A stretch of DNA of 64,000 nucleotides from Felis catus. Its lineage: Eukaryota. Shown piece by piece: positions 1 to 12,609 of this stretch (position 1 is its first letter; every line of letters starts with the position of its first letter). The stretch is from assembly GCF_018350175.1 (NCBI RefSeq), contig NC_058368.1, forward strand, positions 14,572,001-14,636,000, given 5' to 3'. The position numbers and the translations under genes were made by a program. A model generated the notes under the pieces. The model was not told where the DNA came from. It was given only the letters and a program-made list of their open reading frames with translations, and did not search any database.

Positions 1-2348
1 ACATGAAATAGGGTCCTAATGAGGTTCCGTAATTTGCTGATACACGAGCTGCTCTGCTTGACCATCTGGCAGGGATTTGGGGCAACGGTGACCAGAGGGA
101 AACGGCCCTGTTGTTTTCTTCCACATAATCCACTTTTTGGGTTAGTCTGTGTTTTATTTAAAGGGAACTAAACGCAGGTGGTGGTGAAGAATATAACTGC
201 TCATCACATGAATGTTATCGAATGAGGCTGTTTTTGTTTGAACCGTGTGTTCTAGAATTTATCATGCCACGCCTGCATGCCACGGGCAGGGGACGAGCAA
301 CCTGGAGGAGGGGTGCAGCTGCCAGGCGGGCAGGCGGCAGGGGTGATGCTCCGGGGACCCGGTCACTCCACGCCGTTGCGGCACAGGCAACAGGCCCAGG
401 GCGTGACGGGACTGCACGTAAGCCTCCGTCTACGTGCTCGAGACCAAAAGGACAACCAACAGCCACCCGAGAGAGACTTGCTCCTGTCACTCTCCACTCT
501 GTCCCCAAGCCAGACATCTGTCAGCCACCGTAAGCCCAGCCGGCTCGCTCAACCAGCCTCCTGGCAGCCCATCGGTCGTTCAGTCAGGCTGGCTACCCAC
601 GCTCTTTAAACCAACTCCCCACTTCCAGAACCATCATCCGAACTATCACCAGACCCCTGTATCCGGGTCTCCAGCCAGACCCTCCCGCCACACTTGGCCT
701 TGCTCCTAGAGGGTCTGGTGCACCACCACCCAGTCATCCCGCGGCCGAGCACCTTGCAGTGGTTCTCTTTAAACTCTGATGGGCGAAAACTTGCCTGGGG
801 AACTTGTGCTCTTAGAGAGCTTACTCTAGGCCCCATCCCCGCCAAGTGATTCCGGCACAGGTCATCTGGGGCACATTTTCAACAACACCGATGTGAGGGC
901 TGAAATCCAAACCCAGCAGAGCATGAAAGTCCTTCAGGAGGGAAACATTCTCATTATCCCTCCCTCAGGGGAACCCACCTATTTACAAGCCCCTGAGAAC
1001 TTCCCTGTGCCTTGGTCCCTAGTGTCCTCCCTGCCCAGAGAGCACCCCTCTGCCTGCACTATGTGCTTGAACTCCTTGTTGCAGATTGACCTAAACCAAT
1101 CTGGTCACGAGCCATCTTTCTGGCCTGTGAAGGTAGTATCCAAACCCCACGTGCACAATATATTATCAGGAAAACAACTTTCAGGACCAATATCTTCCAC
1201 GTGTAGAGATACCTTTTCAGCGAGCACATTTTAGCAGGCAGGCAAGTAAAAGACCCATCAGAATTATTCTGTGAGCTTGGTGAATTCCAGTGCCTTTCTA
1301 GATGATCTGACAACCATTTGACATAGAAAGTATACTGAAAACAGACACCGGCATTCTGTATAGGAGCAGGATCCTATCAGCCTTGTGATGGCTTCAGAAT
1401 GTGCCAATCCAATCATTTAGGTATCAGCCTCAGGCACCCGCATAAGAGTATAAAGACCTCAGTGCATTCTTACACCCTGGTTATGGAGAGGCAGGAAAGG
1501 TCTCTAAAATACTGCAGCCAGTGCATAACTGGACTCACATGTATTCAATACCACTACTTTCATCAATGAGAGACCCTTTGTAATATCCCTTATGCTAATT
1601 CAGAAGGCAATACTATCCCCCACTGAAAAGTCATTCTTAACATTCACTATCCTAACTTAAAAAAAAAAAAAAAAAAAAAAAAAGCTTCTGGTTCCTTTTG
1701 GAATAAGGAAGCTGGAGCTCTGGGCCCTGACTTACATTGAGTCTGGAATGTAAATCTCTGATCTGGACTCTAAAGCTCTGATCAGAGTAACTGACCGCCC
1801 CTCAGAATGCAGTACGAATAAGCACATACTATCCCGATGTCTCTAATGCATATTTTGAAGTAACTTACGGCATCATAACACTTGTACTTATTGTTACAGG
1901 TTCAGCCCAAGTGCTCCCTCCTCTCTGAGGCCCTCCCCACCTGCTGAGTTAGCTTGCCCACACCTGGTATGTCCCTGTCCCAGTGCTGAGTAGTAATATT
2001 GTCCGAGCTTACTTGCTCCCCCACCCCCAGGACTGCGAGCTTCTTAGTCAATGGCATCCTTTTATCTTAGATCCTTAGGAGAGTGTTGGATTCAGATAAA
2101 TTGCCAACAAATGTAGACTTGCTAGATGTATGGATAACAAATACCAGATCCCTGGGTCAAGTGACACAGTTGCCTGTGATGCTCGAAAGCCTGCCAACCT
2201 ACCTCTCTCCACTGCCTCAGGCTGTCCTCTCCTGCCCTGCTCTGTGGTCCTTCCAGAGAGCACCATGCCCAGTTACCACCACAGTCATGGGCTTTTTCTA
2301 GTACAGTTGAAGGGATCATTGGTTATAGCAATTACCATAGCTACAAAG

Positions 2349-2425
2349 GAAAGAAAGAAAGAAAGAAAAGAAGAAAGAAAGAAAGAAAAAAAGAAAGAAA
2401 GAAAGAGAAAGAAGAAAGAAAGAAA
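2349..2425. repeat. (GAAA)n imperfect microsatellite
   Basis: Directly visible; explains the K/E/R-rich ORF 2130-2498. Confidence 0.95.
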
Positions 2426-2549
2426 ATACATTTTTGAAATCCTGCTTTTTATCATATTCATCCAGTTGGGAAAAAAGGGGGAGCTAGCTGGCAGATGATT
2501 TGGGATAAGAACTTCTCCTGGTATTCTGGTCAATTCAAGCACGGAAGGC

Positions 2550-2735
2550 ATGAGCCAGTAACTGGGCTCCTCACTCTGGAAGTAAACTGTGAGTTCCTTC
2601 ATCAACTCACATTTTAACCATGAGTTCAAATGGGCATAGTAACATCTACATTACATGTTGTTTTTGACAATCAGCTTTCTTAATGTACATCAAGCACCTA
2701 GTGGAAAACCTGGCTCTCAGTAGAGTTCAGACAGT
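2550..2735 (+). mobile_element. MIR SINE remnant
   Basis: Degenerate MIR core and tail (aaatgggcatagtaacatctac...aagcacctag...cctggctctcagtag). Confidence 0.55.
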
Positions 2736-3399
2736 TGTTGCCTTCTACAGTCTAGTGAACATGCTCCATTTCATCTGCTTGGCATCCTCTATTTGTCTCC
2801 TATGAATTTGGGGGAAAGGGGTAGTTTTCCTCCCTTTTTTGTACTGTAATTTACTGGAACCCAAACCTTGGGACCTGTTAGACTCATGCCTGTCCAACTA
2901 TATCACCTCCATTCTGGTGACCTCAGTGACTGAGCAGTGGTAGGTCTTCCAAAGCCTTCCTTGAAATGTTTATATTCTGAAGTGATGGGGAGAACAATTC
3001 TCCTCTGGTGTCACTAATCTGTCAATAAGAAACCAGAGACTCCTAACAACCATGTTCCCCATTACATAGACAAAGCCCATTTACAACAGCTGAGGATAAA
3101 GCCATGGGAAATAAAAGATCATGTACACTTGTCTGTCAGCCACAAGCCCATGAGGACCTAAATTGACCTCATTCTTACAGGTGACCCAATTCTGGACCCC
3201 TGATTTACTCAATGACCAATGACCTGCCTGACTTAATTGATCAAAGCTTTGCTTTTGGTGCTTGAGATAAAATGAAAGTGTCCTTGACTAACACAGTTCC
3301 CTGCCCCCAACTCCCTACCTCTGCTGAAAAAAATGTGGCACAATATACATTTGGTAGTAAAACTAAGCATATTCCCAGCTTACGTAGGACCTGGCGATC

Positions 3400-3780
3400 T
3401 CATGTTTAGGTAAAGATCCAAATGAAATGCCTGCGTTTCTCCATCAAGTAGACATGGGGAAAAATAACTAAACATAGACGCTGACTAGAACAATCCAGAC
3501 ACAAAAGAGTACATGCTCGAGTTGACATAAGGTGACGCTGTTCACTGACACGTGCTGTTAAAAAAAAACGGGACAGTGATTTTCTCTTTCAGTCAGAGAT
3601 TGTAACAGATAAGGGCCACGTAGGGGATCCTGGAGGGCCAGAGTTGTACCTTAGGGCCTTGGGTTCTCTCTCATGAGCTGGGTACACTACCCAGCAACAT
3701 TCGTTGAGCTGTATGTTCAGTAGTTATTTGTGTCCTTTTCTGTGTGTATGCTATACTTCAGTAAAAACAGTGCTTTAAAA
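3400..3780 (+). mobile_element. Ancient L1 (L1ME/MC-like) 3'UTR fragment
   Basis: ccagacacaaaagagtacatgc ... ctgtgtgtatgctatacttcagtaaaaa resembles old L1M 3' ends. Confidence 0.6.
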
Positions 3781-6700
3781 TTGTTAAATGTGCCATGTCT
3801 CACACGGACTCTTGTGACCACTGAATTTGTGAGACCTAAGCTTGTCCCATAGTCAGAGCCAAGGTCCACCACCGGCAGTAGCCTCTTTCTCCTATGGTCT
3901 GTAGACCTTATGGTCTTGGCTGCCGTCTCGATGAGCGCTCTTTTCTTCTAATGACAGCCCTGGTTCCAATGTCTTCTCCTCCAGGAAGCCCACTATCCTC
4001 ACAGGAGAAGGCACCTTTGGTGCCCATCTCTCTGGGCACAAGACTGCACAGCTCTCCTTTGGCATCCATCTTCCTGTATTCCCACTGCTCATTGACACAT
4101 ATCTTCCCTCACTACAAGACAGCTCAACGGTCGGGATTTTTCCTTTTGGTGTCCCAGGCACTTAGCACAAAACTGTATCGTCACTGTCATTTATGTGTCC
4201 GTCTTTCCCACTGCGCTGTGAACCTACATGCTAAGCCGTTGAACATGTTGCTTGAATGAATGAATAAACCAATGAATAAGTGAACGTATGAGTCATGCGG
4301 GAAAAAAAAATAATAAAGTTGGGATTTGAGGACTTGGTCTGAGTCCAAGTTCCTCTGCTTACCAGCTCTGTGAACTTGGGCAGGTGATTGAATCTGTCTG
4401 AGGCCGGGCCTTTCAGGTGACAATAGACAGAGCCCTTGTACAAGATGCATGCTTTGCAAATCATGAGGCGCTACAGAACTGTGAGGTATTGCTACCAGAT
4501 GAGGAAGCCACCCAGCCACCCATAAGGCATGTGCTCTTATGACAAGGGCAAAACTCAAAGTGTGGGGCGTGGGGGCACTGTGGATCTTTTTTGATGGAAT
4601 CTGAGCCCTCCACAGAAGAGGCTGAGGCAACAGCTTCCCGCCACCACGTGTAGGCATAAATGCGGATTTCAACTCTGCTTAGCACCTAGTAAGAAAAGAA
4701 AGATTTTGTTTGGTTTAATTCTGGTTGTTGGTTTGTTTTTATAATGCCTCTTCCCAGTCAGTACACAAACAAAACCAAGAAGCCACTCAACGCCACTGGG
4801 AGATCCAACTTCTTAGCAGGGCCTTCTCTGAGGGATGATTCTCTTGGATAATGACATGTTTTCCTTGCTTGCTTCTAGAGCCAAAACGCTGGTAGGGAAA
4901 GCTGCGGTTAGAAGCTTGGACGCCTCTGTACAGACTTTCCTCTCCTCTGGAGGAAAGAGATACCCAAGGGAACTGCTCTGAAGACAGAGGGGCTTTGGCT
5001 CCTGCAGACCCAGGGACCCCGGGCTGGACAGGTCGGAGCAGCTCTTCCCAGGCAGAAGGTAGCCTCAGGAAGGGTCAAGTTCTCCATGCCTGGGGAGGGC
5101 TGCAGGTGACAGACCATGGCCCCAAGACACCCCCTCAGCCCTTCTCCTTTGCCTTAGCAGGAAGCTGATGGCCAGAGAGGTCACCACACATGCAGAAAAA
5201 CTGGCAATGTTCCCACTCTGCTCCCCTGCCCTCCGTCCAACACCCAAGATAGCCAGAGATGGGGCAGGCTGGAGAGAAGCTGGGCATCCTCACTGGGGGT
5301 GGAGAGGTGGCAAGTTCGGGATGAGGGAGGTGACACTGATACTGCCAGTGTCACCAGCTGCAAGCAAACATGGTCAGTGCCCCCTCAGAGGACAAAAAAG
5401 GTAATGGGCCTTGAACCACCTCATGAAATCAACCAGCATTCCCCAAGCCCGATCCAAAGGCCCAGGAGGAAGATGCCATTGGACTACAGTGAAATCGGAC
5501 AAATAAAAACTAGCGACTGGGTACTCTTATCCTGAGACTATGCCTTTGTGTGTGCTAAACACTTCCGTTCTAATGAAATTAAGGAAATGGCAAACAATTA
5601 CTTTTCATGTCTTTCTTGATCAAATAAAGTCAGTGCTCAGGATATTTTCGAAAAGCCATTTCCTGAAATCCCAAAATACCTGATTTAGAGCTGACATTCG
5701 CCCTCAGGAACAGAGCAGACCCAGAAATCCAGGAAGAGGCATTCCCAAGGCACAGTGGGTGCGAGGTGCCATCCACTACCCAGGATAAGACCAAAGCAAA
5801 CTAAGCTAAAGTAAATCAAAGCAAACTAACTCTTCTGTGTGTCTAGGAGGTTGAACAGCACTTAGATACAAATCACAAATTTATGTCTATTGGAGGCAGC
5901 AGAAAGCCTCTGGCTCAACCTGGCCCACAGAGAACATCGGTTCCATCAAAAATCCCTTGCTGCTCCTGTGAGGGTCTTCCTGTCCGCACATCCCCCTAGT
6001 CCAGTCCTGAGAGGTGGAGAACGGGCTTCTAGAGCCAGAAGGGCCGAGCACCCTGCATCCTGGCTCCATGGGCAATTTCTGCTCTCACTTCCCTCCCAGG
6101 ATCACCCACAGGAGAGGGCGCCCTCAGAAGCCTTGGAAAAGGCGTCTTTTCTCCATCAGCCAGGCTTCTTACAAGCAAAGAAAACCAGCTCCATCCAGTT
6201 AATTGAAGCGGAAAAGTGATTTATACAAGGATTGGAAAGCCTCCTCCGTCTCAAGCTGTGCGGCAAGCCAGATGCCCTGAGCACCCTTCCCGAATGGAGC
6301 AAGTAGAAGGTCGGGTCAAATACAGAAGCTCTATTTTAAATTCGTTGTGGAGCTGGCACAGAAGGAAGACGTCCCAGAGGCTAAGCACAAAGTGAAAGTG
6401 GGAAACCCCGGTTGCCTACAGTGAAGGAGCTGTTTTGGGGAGGACAGGAATTTGTGAGGCAGCGCCCTCAGCCCAGTGGGTGGCCCGGCGGGTTCCGGAG
6501 CCCCAGCGAGGGTTAGTTCTCACTGAGGACCTGGTCATGGTGTGGTTTTCTATGTGCGTTGGTTTATTTTTGCTTCGTGCTGTTTTGTGTTGTGTGAGGA
6601 GACCAGAGGCTTCCTCGTAGAGCCGGAGTAGTTAAAAGAACAAGGCCCTAGGGTGGAGGATGGTAACAGGCCCGAAATGCAGGCCCGCGCCACAGGGATT

Positions 6701-7037
6701 TACAAATAGACAGCAAGAACCCGAAGAAAAGCAGTTTTACGAACCAGGAGGGGTGTCGATGCTGTGACATCAGATTTGTTTGGAGCTTTCTGGCAGGGCC
6801 AGCCAAACACAGAAAGGGAGCAGCATAATCAGAAACACACTGAGTTGTTATCAACAGCCGTATGGAGTACCTACTGGGTGTCTCAGACTGTTATGTGATC
6901 TCAAAACATTATTTCTTACCTTCCCAACAGTAGCCACGTAAGGAAACATCATTCCTATTTTCACATAACAGACCTAAGGTCCAGAGAGATAGGTACGCAC
7001 AGAGGCTTCCTCACGGTAAACTCTGAAATTAATTCAT

Positions 7038-7224
7038 CTTACTTTTTTCTAATTTTTTTAACGTTTGTTTATTTTTGAGAGAGAGGGGGACACAGAATCC
7101 AAAGCAGGCTCCAGGCTCTGGGCTGTCAGCACAGAGCCGGACGTGGGGCTCGAACTCACCAACAGCGAGATCATGACTTGAGCCGAAGTCAGACGCTTAA
7201 CCGACTGAACCACCCAGGCACCCC
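7038..7224 (-). mobile_element. CanSINE (SINEC_Fc-type)
   Basis: Reverse-strand tRNA-derived body with a shortened CT region. Perfect TSD tgaaattaattcat at 7024-7037 and 7225-7238. Confidence 0.95.
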
Positions 7225-8229
7225 TGAAATTAATTCATTTTTAAATGAGAGACACTGAGAAATCAAAGGAGCACTGCTTTTTCAGCGTAGGCACAGTTTT
7301 TATTTGACTTTTTCCTTAATAGTATTGGGTAAAACCCAAGGATATAGTGTGAAAGCAGCTCAATGAGTGTAACCCTTGAAAGCACTAAATTAGCAAGACC
7401 CAGGTTTGCAGCCTTCCAGAAATCTCACCTCTGTCATCACACTGTACGGTCCTCGTGGGCAGAGGACCTCCCAGACCAGGGCCTGAAGAGGTGCTCCCCC
7501 AAGTCAGCAGGTGGTGGGGGGTTGGGGGAAAATCTGGATGTTCTGAAAATCATGAATATAAGAAATGGGGACCGTGATCTTTCATGAAGGTCCGGAAGCT
7601 TGGCTGGTATCTTTGCTGGGCTTGAAGTCTGCCCCGTTCATTAACTTATTTATTCGTGTGACAGATAGTTTTAAGACTCTACCATTTGCCAAGGTTTGTT
7701 CAAGGCCCTGGGTTTCAAGCGTAAGCAAAACCCTCAGGGGTAACAGTTCAGTGGGGAGACCAAGGAGCCACTTATCACGTCAATATTGAGTGTAACTGCT
7801 GTGAGAGGTGATGGCAAAACAGGCAAAATGACAACACAGCTCTCTTCTGTGGCGGTATATCATGGACTCCCCAAAGAGCTCTGGTAATGCTATTCTATTT
7901 TTAAATAAGCTATATTCAAACTATTGCACCTATAGTTCAATAGCTATGTTCCATATTAGCCTCCATCTCTGTTCTTGCCAAGAGAGGTCTAGGGCCCAAG
8001 CCTGAGGTCCTTTGCAACCACTTTCTTCATGTAGGATGATCAAGGAAGAAGGTCCAGGCTAAAATCAATTTTCCTAGGCAGGAGAGATCAGGCCCTAGGG
8101 GACTGGCTTCAGCTGAAAAGGAAAACAGCGGTGTGGGGATGAGAGGCAGGGGAGGGAAGGAACTCCCCTCTGGGAGAGGGCTGGCTATGCCTGGCTCCAG
8201 GTGAAGAGCTGGGAGTGAGCCTGAAAACT

Positions 8230-8338
8230 CCTCCCTCCTCTTCCCACCTCTCCTCACCCATCCCTCTCCCCCTCCTCTCCTCCCCCCTCTCTCCCTTCCC
8301 CTCCCCTCTCTCTCCTAATCCCCTCCCTGCATCCCCCA
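8230..8338. repeat. C/T-rich low-complexity polypyrimidine tract
   Basis: About 110 bp that is almost entirely C/T on the + strand. Confidence 0.85.
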
Positions 8339-10483
8339 CGTGTTTCCTTCACTGTGCCTTTCCACCTACCCTCATTCTAAGTGATTCTCCAGCCTCGTGA
8401 GGTAAATTGGAATCCAAACCTGCTTTGAGAGGAGATGAACAAATAATCAGAAGAAAAGATGGGAATTAAAGAGAGATCTTTTGGGAAGGGTTTGACACCA
8501 AGGAGGGATGTGTTTAGAGCATTTTCTACACGCATGAACCTTTGTTTAATTTGAAATGGAAAGACTGCGTGTCTTTATTTCTATGTAATTGCACAGCAAG
8601 GTATAAATGAATATGACTTCAGAATAAAATTCCAAAAAGTCGGTATCACACGAACAACAGTTCCGGTAACCTTATTCGAATACCACAAGGTAAGCTAGAA
8701 TCCTAGAAGCCCGTGGATACTGTGATCACTGCTTCAGTACAGCTGTGAGCAGAGTGCAGGGAACACAGAGCAGGGATCCTGGCCAGGGCTGGGGCTAGGG
8801 CTGGGGCTGGGACAGGCTTCCTGGAAGATGTGGTGGCAGGAAGCTGAGGCCTGACAGGTGGGGATTTTAGCTGACAAGAGGATGAAAGGGAGGAGAGCGC
8901 TGACCTCCCACCCTTGGGGAAGTTCTCTTCCTTCTGTGTGGTGGTTTCACATGGCGAGCGCTACAGGCAAAACCAGAGTATTCCTGGGGGCTGCACCTGC
9001 CATACACACAGCCTAGAAGAGGTGGCTCCAACCTGGACGATCCTGAAAGTAGCTATTACGTGCCCACGTCAGCCCCTCAGAACTTCGGGAGCATCCCGTG
9101 ACACATCAGACTCAGGCAGCAGAGTCCCTCTCCTGTCCCCCAACTCTGAATGCGTGGGTTTGCCTTGGGGAATCAGAAATGAATGTCACAGAACATGTCT
9201 GCCTGTGTTGGAGTGGGAAGAGGTTTCCTGACGCTTAAATTTCACTAATGTTATAATACAGATGGACGCAAGCTCTTTCTGGCGCTGTTTTCATCCTTAT
9301 CAATAGCATGGACTGCGGGCTTCCCAACAGGAGCCTCCTACTGGTCCTGGAAGGGATGGCGAGCACAGAGCTCTGGCTCCTTGGTTGGACAGGTCTGGAA
9401 TGTTTTACTCTTCTCGTTACAAAAGAAAATGTACGTACCTCCCTGAAACTTCCAACCATACCCAAAGCTCTGCCCCTTAAAGCAGAACAACTAGTGCTGA
9501 AAAACTGAACAGTTCGCCTGGTACCAGGAGCCCAAATTTCCTTGGAGAGCGTCTGTGTTTATGAGACAGACCTCCACAACAAATGACTCACCATTAATTC
9601 GTAGAATGCCATCTTCCTACTTAATCCGAACAGGGAGCCTACAGTCAGTTCACCTAAAAGTGAGACCAGACCACTTATTTATAAACTAAAAATGAGGATA
9701 AAAACAAACAAACAAATCCCGTTTCAAAGAACTTCCAGCATCTGTCTCCAAAGTCAGGAGATCATGAGTGTCTATATTGACTTTTGTAAGTAGAAGCCAG
9801 CGTTTGTAATGGTGCTGATGTTTGGTCCATAGATAGGCCAAGAAAAATGCAAAGATTTGTTGCATTCTCCTTGCCAGATTTCTTCATAATGTAAAAGGAA
9901 GTACGGAAGTGGCCAATGTTTGGAAATGAGATCCAGTTGTTCCTCATATAGTGTAATGAGAAATCCAGATCCGAAGTTCTAAGGAGAAAACTGGCACAAG
10001 TTTAGAGGGAAAACTATTTAAGTAAATGAAAAGGCATGTGAGCTATTGGCACAGGGATGTTGGGGTAACCCTTTGAGAAAATTGGGTAAACTACACTTTT
10101 ATTTTATAAAGAAAGGTACATAATCAAAGGAGCAAATAGATGTAAAAATTTTGGCAAAAATCAGAGCAAAGCATTTAGATTCTATTTTGGCAATATGGAA
10201 GCTTAGCTATTTAACAACCATTCCACCACAAAACATCTAAAAATACTGGAGTTGACAAAAACCTAAGGGAGGTCACCGGAGGCCAAAAACAAAGCTGAGT
10301 CATGAATCCAGAGAGGCAAATTCTACAAATACTACTACCTTAAAGTCATTTGCAAATCCCCAGTTTTTAAGGCCCTGTGGGAACCAAAAGATAAAGCTTA
10401 GATCTGTCAAAGTGAAGAGCTGGAACAGAACTACACTCACATAAAGCCAGAATTCCTATTCTTAAAGTGAAAGCCTCTTCTTC

Positions 10484-10680
10484 TTCTTTAAAGTTTATTT
10501 GCCTATTTTGAGAGAGAGAGAGAGAGAGAGAGAGAGGCAGAAAGAGAGAGGGAGAATCCCAAAGCAGGCTCCACAAACTGTTAGCATGGGGCCCCATGAG
10601 GGTCTCTGTCTCCTGAACTGTGAGATCATGACCTGAGTCTAAGAGTCAGACGCTTAACCAACTGAGCCACCCAGGTGCCC
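10484..10680 (-). mobile_element. CanSINE
   Basis: Reverse CanSINE body with (GA)n. Diverged TSD tgaaagcctcttctt / tgaaaggctattctt. Confidence 0.93.
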
Positions 10681-10984
10681 TGAAAGGCTATTCTTAAAAT
10701 GACCTGAAAAAAACAAAGCCAAGGAATTTTTCTGACTTGCTTTGGCTCTGTGTAGCGAAGAGGAAAGAGTGTCCATGGACAATTCATAATCATAGCCCAG
10801 CCCACTACCTGTGTGATGCTGAAAGTCCCAAGCCAACACTTCCATTCAAAGAGGTCTTAGTTTCGTACTTCCTTGGGCACTGAAAAAATAAATCTAAATT
10901 GCCCCTGGAGACACGGACAAATGGACCCTCAGTCTGCAGCAATTTCCTATGGTTAAATTTGCATGGAATGCAAGCACATGCACG

Positions 10985-11010
10985 CACACACACACACACA
11001 CACACACACA
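10985..11010. repeat. (CA)n microsatellite
   Basis: Directly visible. Confidence 0.95.
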
Positions 11011-11132
11011 AAGGAAACATACCACAAGAAACAAGAATCAATCACCAGGAGAATTAGACTCCTAAATAGTACAGATATTGGAATTGTCAAAATCAAAATG
11101 GTTTAAATAATTTAATATGTTCTATGTTTTTT

Positions 11133-11342
11133 ATTTTTTTATTTTCTAACTAACTTTATTTATTTTTGAGAAACAGGGAGAGCATGAGCAGGGGAGGTAC
11201 AGAGAGAGAGGAGCACAGAGGATCCAAAGCAGGCTTTGTACTGACAGCAGAGAGCCCAATGTGGGGCTTGAACTCACAAACTGTGAGATCATGATCTGAG
11301 TCGAAGTTGGGTGCTCAACCGACTGAGTCACCCAGGCACCCC
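11133..11342 (-). mobile_element. CanSINE
   Basis: Reverse CanSINE body. Perfect TSD tgttctatgtttttt at 11118-11132 and 11343-11357. Confidence 0.95.
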
Positions 11343-11379
11343 TGTTCTATGTTTTTTAATGTGTATTTTTATATCATGA

Positions 11380-12200
11380 AGTTCTTTTAGTTATTCTTTA
11401 AGGAATCCAAAAGGGAAAAGGAAAATGAATATGAAAAATGCACTCTCCCAAAGACCAAGCTGGTTTCCTTAAATCAAACTTTAAGGAGATAAAAAATGCA
11501 GTTAGTAAAATATAATGCTTAATGGACAGGTTACACAGCAAATTAGACTTAGCTGAAGAAAAACTGGTGTATTGAAATTTAGATCTGAGGAAATCGACTA
11601 GAATAGCAAGATAGAAAGCAAAGAGATAAAATATATGGAAACATGTAAGATAGAATGAAAAGTTCTACATGTCCAGTCAAAGTTCCAAAGAATGGGAGGA
11701 AAGCAATATTCAAAGAGGTAACAGTTGAGACTTTTCCAAAATTGATGAAAAACATGAATCTGCTGAGGCAGAAAACACAATGGATCACCTAAAACAAAGA
11801 GAAGATCCCAAGAGAGAAAAGACGTATCATCCTTCAAGACAATAAAAATCAGAGAGAAAGTAGACTTCTTGACAAGAGAAACAATGGAACATTTTCAAAA
11901 TAGTAGGAGGGAAACAACTAATGAATATGTTTACATGGCATAACTATCATTCAAGAATTAGAATAAAATGAAGACATTCTCAGGTAAAAGACTGAGAGCA
12001 TAATTACAACAGAACTTCACAAAGGAACTTAATTCTTCAAACAGAACAAAAAGGATCACAGAGAGAAAGGTCTGAGATGCAAGAAGGAATCCTATGCAAG
12101 AACATGGCAAATACATGGATAAATGTAAACAGGCACTGATTGAATAATACAACAACAATAATAATATCTGATATGTGGGGTTAACATAAAGATGGAAATC
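11380..12200 (+). mobile_element. Ancient L1 ORF1-region remnant (L1ME 5'-end / HAL1-like); may extend upstream to ~10170
   Basis: A-rich decayed ORF1-like sequence (aaagcaatattcaaagaggtaacagttgagacttttccaaaattgatgaaaaacatgaatc; aactatcattcaagaat..aaaatgaagacattctcag; ggtctgagatgcaagaaggaat). Confidence 0.7.
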
Positions 12201-12251
12201 AAGTCCTGGCCAGAGGTCTCCTCTGAAGTGGGTAGGGCAATGATTGGTGGT

Positions 12252-12609
12252 TGTATTGATTTGCCAGGGCAGCCATAACATAACTAGGAGGCTTAAACAA
12301 CAGAAAGTAATTTTCTCACAGTTCTGGAGGCTAGAGTCTGCAGTCAAGGTGGTCTGTAGGATTGGTTTCCTCTGAGGCCTGTTGTAGATGGCTGTCATCC
12401 TCCTGTGCAAGTCTGTGGCCTAATCTCCTTCTCTTATAAAGACACTTGTCACGTCACCAGATTAGGACCCATCCGAATGGCCTCATTTAACTGTAATTAT
12501 CACTTTAAAGACCCTAATTCCAAATAGTCACATTCTGAGTAGTGGCGGGTTAGGACTTCAACATACGAATTTTAGGGCTGTGTCCTTGTGCACAATTCCA
12601 CCCATACCA
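12252..12609 (-). mobile_element. MaLR solo LTR (MLT1A/B-like)
   Basis: ggcttaaacaacagaaa..tctcacagttctggaggctag and ccaaatagtcacattctgag..ggttaggacttcaacata are MLT1 hallmarks. Confidence 0.85.

Noticed and set aside
6108..6121. Weaker CTCF-like words (acaggagagggcgc; also cagccaggtggcag at 20188)
   Set aside because: They mismatch key consensus positions and are expected by chance in 64 kb.
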